In this document: positions 38,201 to 43,243 of the stretch, piece after piece
Numbering within the stretch: the first letter of the stretch is position 1
Layout of the letters: each line of letters opens with the position of its first letter
Source: Helicobacteraceae bacterium
Lineage (GTDB): Bacteria > Campylobacterota > Campylobacteria > Campylobacterales > Helicobacteraceae
Length of the DNA: 43,243 nucleotides
NCBI GenBank assembly: GCA_050872665.1
Contig: JBNMHH010000001.1
Span: 1 to 43,243, forward strand
Direction: 5' to 3'
Notes under the pieces: model-generated
What the model was told of the DNA's origin: nothing
What the model saw: only the letters and a program-made list of their open reading frames with translations
The model's database searches: none
Program-made: the position numbers and the translations under genes

Positions 38201-38812
38201 TTAAGAAAAATTCTCCACTATATGCGCTCTCAAATCCCTCTCCCATTTTGCAAAGTTTGGATTTTTATGCACATCATTTGCCATAAATCTCGGCAAAAAC
38301 CGCGTGAATCCCAAAAACGCAAAAATCTTATAAGTATGCACAAAAACTTCATCTACACCGCGCCCGTCAAAAAACTCGCCCACTTCGTTAAACGCATACA
38401 AAGGCGCATTCCAAGTTGTGCTTAGCATCATCGCTTTGCCCGCGCATAGTCCGCCACTGCCATAGCGTTTGTTTATGTCGCTTTTGCTGCGTCCATCGCT
38501 CTCAAATAGCACTCCCACAGCCTTTTGCCCGATAGCTTCATCAAAGTATTTTTTGACTATCCACGGCTCTCCCATCCACCAGCCCGGGAATTGCAAAATC
38601 ACACAATCCGCCCACTTCCACTTCGCCACTTCTGCGTCTATATCATAGCCTTGCGCGATATGCGTTAGTCGCACTTCTTTGCCTAGCTTTTGCAATTCAT
38701 CTTGCATTATCTCGCAAAATGCAAGGTTTAGTCTGCCCTTGCTATCGCGATACTCCATACCGCCATTTAGGATTAGCACATTTTGGATTTTTTTGTTAAA
38801 GTCGTGTTTCAT
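38201..38812 (-). CDS. mdaB: NADPH quinone reductase MdaB
   Basis: PGWWMGEPWIVKKY, SDGRS...YGSGGL, STTWNAP, NDVHKNP. Confidence 0.88.
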   Translation of the reverse strand: MKHDFNKKIQNVLILNGGMEYRDSKGRLNLAFCEIMQDELQKLGKEVRLTHIAQGYDIDAEVAKWKWADCVILQFPGWWMGEPWIVKKYFDEAIGQKAVGVLFESDGRSKSDINKRYGSGGLCAGKAMMLSTTWNAPLYAFNEVGEFFDGRGVDEVFVHTYKIFAFLGFTRFLPRFMANDVHKNPNFAKWERDLRAHIVENFS

Positions 38813-38930
38813 TTGGAATCTCCTTAAAGTATTTTTTAGTGGCGCAATTATAATGCAAACTACTTAACAAAAAATCAATAATTTGTCATTAGAATTGCAA
38901 ATTTTAAATCTAAATCATAAAGGAATATCA

Positions 38931-39941
38931 ATGAATCTAAGTAAGAAATTATCGCTGATTGCGATTGTGTGTGTGAGTTTGAATCTCTATGCAAGTGGAA
39001 GTGTGAGTGATGAATCACAAAGCCCAATGCAAGGGCAAAAAAGTGATGCGGAGATTATCGCGGATTATTTTTACGCGCTAAATGGCGATACGAATAAACC
39101 GCATAAAAAAATCAATCACGCCAAAGGATTTTGCGCTAGTGGCGAGTTTATCCCTGATAAAAGGGCATCAAAGCGATTTGACATACCGCTTTTAGAAAAT
39201 GCTAGTGTGCCTACGAAAGTGCGATTTTCGCTAGGTGGTGGCAATGAGAATCAAAGCGATAAAAGCAAAAATCGCTCTATGGCGTTAAAAATTCAAAGCA
39301 AAAGCGATTCTTGGGAAATTGCGATGACAAATTCGCGCATAAATTTTGCCAAAAACGCAGAGGAATTTAAGCAATTTATGGATTTGCAACTACAAGTCAA
39401 AAATAAAACTATGACGCCTGAAGAAGCCGATATTGAGCGCAACAAAGTGCCATCATTTGTAAATGCCGCAAAAGAGACGCAGAGTCTCACTATCACGCGC
39501 AGTTACGGCAATAACGCCTATCATAGTGTGCATACATTTAATTTTAAAGAAAAAAATAAGGCGAAATCTACCCCTGCGCGATTTAGCTTTGTGCCAAAAA
39601 ATGGCGTAAAGTCTTTGAATCAAAGTGAGTTAGATTCGCTAGGCGATGACTTTTTGGAGGCGAATTTTAAAAGTGATATTGCAAAATCGCCCATAGAATT
39701 TACCCTAAAGCTAGTGCTACCAAACCCAAAAGATGACTTAAAAGACACGGCAAAAGTATGGGAGGGCAAACACAAAGAAATCCCACTTGGCACTTTAAAA
39801 GTCAATAAATTTGAGGGCTATGAGTGCAATGTTGAGGTATTTATGCCAAGTGTTTTGCCACAAGGAATCGAGCCTCCAAATGATGACATTTTTGAATTGC
39901 GAAATGTCGTGTATGGCACCACTTTTGGCAGAAGGCAGTAG
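38931..39941 (+). CDS. Catalase-related peroxidase (SrpA-like) with signal peptide
   Basis: NHAKGFCASG, VRFSLGGG, RSMALK, R...YGTTFGRR; AAGGA before ATG 38931. Confidence 0.85.
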   Translation: MNLSKKLSLIAIVCVSLNLYASGSVSDESQSPMQGQKSDAEIIADYFYALNGDTNKPHKKINHAKGFCASGEFIPDKRASKRFDIPLLENASVPTKVRFSLGGGNENQSDKSKNRSMALKIQSKSDSWEIAMTNSRINFAKNAEEFKQFMDLQLQVKNKTMTPEEADIERNKVPSFVNAAKETQSLTITRSYGNNAYHSVHTFNFKEKNKAKSTPARFSFVPKNGVKSLNQSELDSLGDDFLEANFKSDIAKSPIEFTLKLVLPNPKDDLKDTAKVWEGKHKEIPLGTLKVNKFEGYECNVEVFMPSVLPQGIEPPNDDIFELRNVVYGTTFGRRQ

Positions 39942-39961
39942 AAAAAATAAAGATTCGCGCA

Positions 39962-40008
39962 TAGAATTGCTTTGATTTGGCTTTTTGGCTCTTATCAAAG
40001 CAATTTTA
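39962..40008. terminator. Hairpin between convergent genes, probable bidirectional terminator
   Basis: Perfect 12-bp inverted repeat AATTGCTTTGAT (39965-39976) / ATCAAAGCAATT (39994-40005). Confidence 0.6.
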
Positions 40009-40042
40009 GATTTTTTATAGATTATGGATTCGCTAGATTCGC

Positions 40043-41275
40043 CTATTTTACTAAATTTTTAAGCGATTCCTTTGCTTCCTCTGCGCTTAACGCACCCACG
40101 ATATTATGCGGAATGTATGCCTCCTCTAAATACGCGATTTCTTTTTGGCTGAGTTTGACACTCATTGCGCCGACCGCCTCATCGATATATTTGGTTTTAT
40201 TTGCCCCGATGATAGGCGACCCAGCACCCTTTGCTAAAAGCCACGCTAGAGAGATTTGGCTCATCGCCACGCCTTTTTTCTTTGCGAGTTCATTGACACG
40301 CCCTGCGATGATTTTGTCCTGCGCCTCTGTCTTATCATATTTGCCCATAGCGGTTTTATCCGTCTTACTGCGAATCGTATCGCTTTTCCACTCCGCCCGA
40401 GCCAGACGCCCGCTCGCAAGTGGTGAATAAGGCATAAGCGTAACGCCTTGTTGCTTGCAAATAGGGATTAGCTCCCTCTCGTCCTCGCGGTAAAGCAGAT
40501 TGTAATGATTTTGCATAATGCTAAAAGGCGTGAGGTTGTTATCCTTTGCCACTTGTTGCATATTTGCAAACTGATAGCCAAACATCGCAGACGCCCCTAG
40601 AGCACGGACTTTCCCAGCCTTCACAGTCTCGTGCAACGCCGCCATAGTCTCCTCAATGGGCGTGGTGTAATCAAAGCGGTGGATAATGTAAATATCCAAA
40701 TAATCAGTCCCAAGTCGCTTTAGCGTCCCATCAATCTCACGCAAAATCGCCTTGCGCGATAAAACGCCTTTGTTAAAATACACCTTTGAAGAGATGACGA
40801 CTTCATCGCGTTTGGCAAATTTCTTTATCGCCTTGCCTAGGTATTCCTCGCTAGTCCCCGCAGAGTAGATATTTGCGGTGTCAAAGAAATTTAGCCCCTT
40901 TTCCAAAGCGTGTTTGATGATAGCCTCGCTGTCCTTTTCATCAAGCGTCCAGTCGTGCAAAGTCCCCGCCTTGCCAAAGCTCATCGCACCTATACAGATT
41001 TGCGAAATCTCAATGTCCGTGTGCCCTACCTTGACGAAATTAACGCCGTTTTTTGTTTTTGTGATTTTCATTGGTTCTCCTTCTTGTGAATCGTTAATCG
41101 TGCCACTTGCCATTAGTGGCAATGCGCTTGTTACTATCGCCACCCCTGCGAGTTTAGCCGAATCGCTCAAAAACTCGCGCCGTTTTGGATTATGCAAATC
41201 GCTTGAAATGTTTGAATCGTGCTGTATGCCGTGCGATTCAAGGTATTGTGATTCGCTATGAATCTCTTTTTTCAT
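40043..41275 (-). CDS. Aldo/keto reductase (YajO-like) with Tat-like leader
   Basis: FDTANIYSAGTSEE, IHRFD, QNHYNLLYRE, PYSPLASG; PKRREFL leader; AAGGAG before ATG 41275. Confidence 0.92.
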   Translation of the reverse strand: MKKEIHSESQYLESHGIQHDSNISSDLHNPKRREFLSDSAKLAGVAIVTSALPLMASGTINDSQEGEPMKITKTKNGVNFVKVGHTDIEISQICIGAMSFGKAGTLHDWTLDEKDSEAIIKHALEKGLNFFDTANIYSAGTSEEYLGKAIKKFAKRDEVVISSKVYFNKGVLSRKAILREIDGTLKRLGTDYLDIYIIHRFDYTTPIEETMAALHETVKAGKVRALGASAMFGYQFANMQQVAKDNNLTPFSIMQNHYNLLYREDERELIPICKQQGVTLMPYSPLASGRLARAEWKSDTIRSKTDKTAMGKYDKTEAQDKIIAGRVNELAKKKGVAMSQISLAWLLAKGAGSPIIGANKTKYIDEAVGAMSVKLSQKEIAYLEEAYIPHNIVGALSAEEAKESLKNLVK

Positions 41276-41321
41276 TTTGCTCCTTTGAAATAAAAATTGC
41301 GTGAAAAAATCCACAAATGAA

Positions 41322-41352
41322 ATTATAAAAGATGATAGCTACTATCTGTCAA
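41322..41352 (-). promoter_or_regulatory. MerR-type promoter/operator copy 8
   Basis: Same 31-mer as copy 1; flanks shared with copy 4. Confidence 0.85.
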
Positions 41353-41470
41353 GGGCGAATCGTAGAAAATTTTAAAATTTTTTAAGTAGATTCGGGTGGA
41401 TTCACACTAGATTCGCATAAATTTTAGTGCGAATCTTTTGGTAGATTCGCAAACTAATGCCTACTAAGCA

Positions 41471-42172
41471 TTACGCCTTTTTATAGACTAAAAGTAGCCC
41501 GTCATCTTTAAGTGCTTTGCATTCATCAAATTTAAATGCCTTTGTCAAAGCGACATTATCCACACTCTCACAAATAGTGGCGTTTTGAGTGCCGTCTATG
41601 AAAGGTGCGATTACAAGCCTTATCTCATCGACTAAATTTTGCCTTAAAAACTCCGCGTTGATGATAGCACCGCCCGTTAAGGCAAAGCGTTTTACGCCAA
41701 AGAGTGTGTAGAGCTTATCAAGGGCGATTTTTATGTCGATTTTTTCGCCATTTTCATCGTCTGCAAAGATATAGGCTATGTCATTGGCTTTAAGATATGC
41801 GATATATTCAGCTTTTGCCTTGCGTGTAGTAACGACTATGACGCTATTTTCGACATTGTCAGGGTAGGTTAGGGTGGCGTTGCGCCATTTTACCTTGCCT
41901 GTGGTGTCAAAGCACACAGCATAAGGGGCTTTGTCCTTAATGACATTGTCCTTAAAATCCACGCTAACGCCACTAAACTTTGACAAATCCACACTTTCAT
42001 CGCTAAAATACTTCTTATGCGTGTTGCTCCCATTGCCCCAAGCATCTGAAATTTGTAGCTTTAGCTCCTCGTAATAATCCCCAAGCCATTCGTTGTGGTT
42101 GTCGATGAAATCTCCGTCTATTTTGCCGTCAATAGAAGTCATCATAAGCATAGAAACAAAAGGTTTTTGCAT
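41471..42172 (-). CDS. RibD C-terminal/dihydrofolate reductase family protein
   Basis: MMTSIDGKI, TGGAIIN.EFL..NLVDEIRLVIAP. Confidence 0.88.
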   Translation of the reverse strand: MQKPFVSMLMMTSIDGKIDGDFIDNHNEWLGDYYEELKLQISDAWGNGSNTHKKYFSDESVDLSKFSGVSVDFKDNVIKDKAPYAVCFDTTGKVKWRNATLTYPDNVENSVIVVTTRKAKAEYIAYLKANDIAYIFADDENGEKIDIKIALDKLYTLFGVKRFALTGGAIINAEFLRQNLVDEIRLVIAPFIDGTQNATICESVDNVALTKAFKFDECKALKDDGLLLVYKKA

Positions 42173-42249
42173 AGTTTGTCCTTAAATGTGTGAATCTTAT
42201 CTTATTTGGGGGCTTACACAAAAAGAATTTTTGCTACCCCCACCTAACT

Positions 42250-43230
42250 TTACGCCTTATAATTTGCCAAAAATTTTATCGTTTGCGGGTCGCGGTGGTC
42301 TAAAAAGAGTGATTTGCCTGTGTCAAGTTTGGCGATTTTTGCTTTATCATCGGCGTTTAGTTTGAAGTCAAATACAGCGATATTTTCCTCCATTCGCGCC
42401 TTTTTTGTAGTTTTTGGAATGACTATGACATTGCGCTCGATAAGCCATCGCAAAATCACTTGCGCAGGGCTTTTGCCGTATTTATCCCCGATAGCTTTTA
42501 GCACTTTATTGTTAAACATATCGTTTTTGCCCTCCGCGAAGCTCCCCCAGCTCTGCACCGCTACGCCCAAATCGTTATTGATTTTTTGCTCATCAACCTT
42601 TTGGAAAAATGGGTGCATTTCGATTTGATTTACCGCGGGTTTTATGTCATTAAAGAGGCAAAAATCCATAATTTTATCCGCATAAAAATTACTCACCCCA
42701 ATCGCGCGGATTTTGCCCTCTTTGTGTAGCTTACTCATCGCTCTCCACGCGCCATAAGTGTCGTTATAAGGCTGATGAATGATATAGAGGTCGATATAAT
42801 CCACCCCTAGCTTTTTTAGGCTCATATCAAAGGCTTTTAGCGCGTCTTTTTCATTGGCGTGGCTTATCCAAAGTTTTGTCTCAATGAAAAGCTCATCGCG
42901 CTTTACGCCCCCGTTTATCGCGGTTTTTAGTGCCGCGCCTATTGCCTCCTCGTTTGCATAAGCCTGTGCGGTGTCGATTAAGCGGTAACCCACGCTGATA
43001 GCGTCCTCTACGCACCTTTGTGCCTCGCTGTTTGGAATCTGATAAGTCCCATAGCCCAAAATTGGCATTTTTACGCCATTATTGAGTTTGATTGTTTGCA
43101 TTTTTGCTCCTTTGGTTGAATTTGAATCTCTTGCCATTAGTGGCAATGCGCTTGTTACTATCGCCGCCCCTGCGAGTTTCGCCGAATCGCTCAAAAACTC
43201 GCGCCGTTTTGAATCTGTGATATTTCTCAT
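42250..43230 (-). CDS. Aldo/keto reductase (2,5-DKG reductase-like) with Tat-like leader
   Basis: GYRLIDTAQAYANE, IHQP, IGVSNF, VIPKT; SKRREFL leader. Confidence 0.93.
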   Translation of the reverse strand: MRNITDSKRREFLSDSAKLAGAAIVTSALPLMARDSNSTKGAKMQTIKLNNGVKMPILGYGTYQIPNSEAQRCVEDAISVGYRLIDTAQAYANEEAIGAALKTAINGGVKRDELFIETKLWISHANEKDALKAFDMSLKKLGVDYIDLYIIHQPYNDTYGAWRAMSKLHKEGKIRAIGVSNFYADKIMDFCLFNDIKPAVNQIEMHPFFQKVDEQKINNDLGVAVQSWGSFAEGKNDMFNNKVLKAIGDKYGKSPAQVILRWLIERNVIVIPKTTKKARMEENIAVFDFKLNADDKAKIAKLDTGKSLFLDHRDPQTIKFLANYKA

Positions 43231-43243
43231 TCTTCTCCTTTAA

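Noticed and set aside
38861-38880. Possible MarR/HxlR-type operator upstream of mdaB
   Set aside because: Dyad symmetry is too weak and no such regulator gene is in the window.
6951-41352. 31-bp repeat as a CRISPR repeat or integron attC site
   Set aside because: Copies are 0.9-8 kb apart, there are no cas or integrase genes, and the repeat is fully explained as -35/dyad/-10.
3-42628. Many short antisense or overlapping ORFs (e.g. 3-344, 11991-12446, 16103-16672, 39972-40430, 42314-42628)
   Set aside because: Shadow frames of well-supported genes, with no recognisable motifs.
1-43243. Prophage, ICE, IS element, tRNA or rRNA
   Set aside because: No integrase, transposase, phage structural, conjugation or structural-RNA signatures were recognised.

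Overview
AT-rich Campylobacterota-like DNA, most consistent with an enterohepatic Helicobacter (inferred from gene content, AAGGAG RBSs and dense GAATC/GATTC motifs). After the 3' end of valS, the window is mostly a minus-strand redox/electrophile-detoxification cluster. It contains five aldo-keto reductases, an SDR, a Zn-ADH, three NAD(P)H-binding paralogues, flavodoxins, MdaB, RidA, CMD, hydrolases, acetyltransferases, a P460/c'-beta cytochrome and a TLC/NTT-like transporter. Eight copies of a MerR-type promoter (TTGACA-N19-TATAAT with an internal dyad) head most of these units, and an AdhR/NmlR-like MerR gene lies at 37.7-38.1 kb. Ten normally cytoplasmic enzymes carry twin-arginine leaders, some copied nearly verbatim between unrelated genes. 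Several keep an in-frame internal AAGGAG-N5/6-ATG just after the leader, suggesting both exported and cytoplasmic isoforms. Plus-strand cargo is interleaved: three type II R-M systems (one endonuclease frameshifted), a stand-alone kinase-phosphatase-RNA ligase, an ankyrin/lipoprotein/Sel1 cassette and a secreted catalase-like gene. Palindromic MITE-like repeats and an 11-bp-periodic GATTCG array are also present. No tRNA, rRNA, CRISPR or transposase was seen. All family calls come from motif recognition, not database searches.
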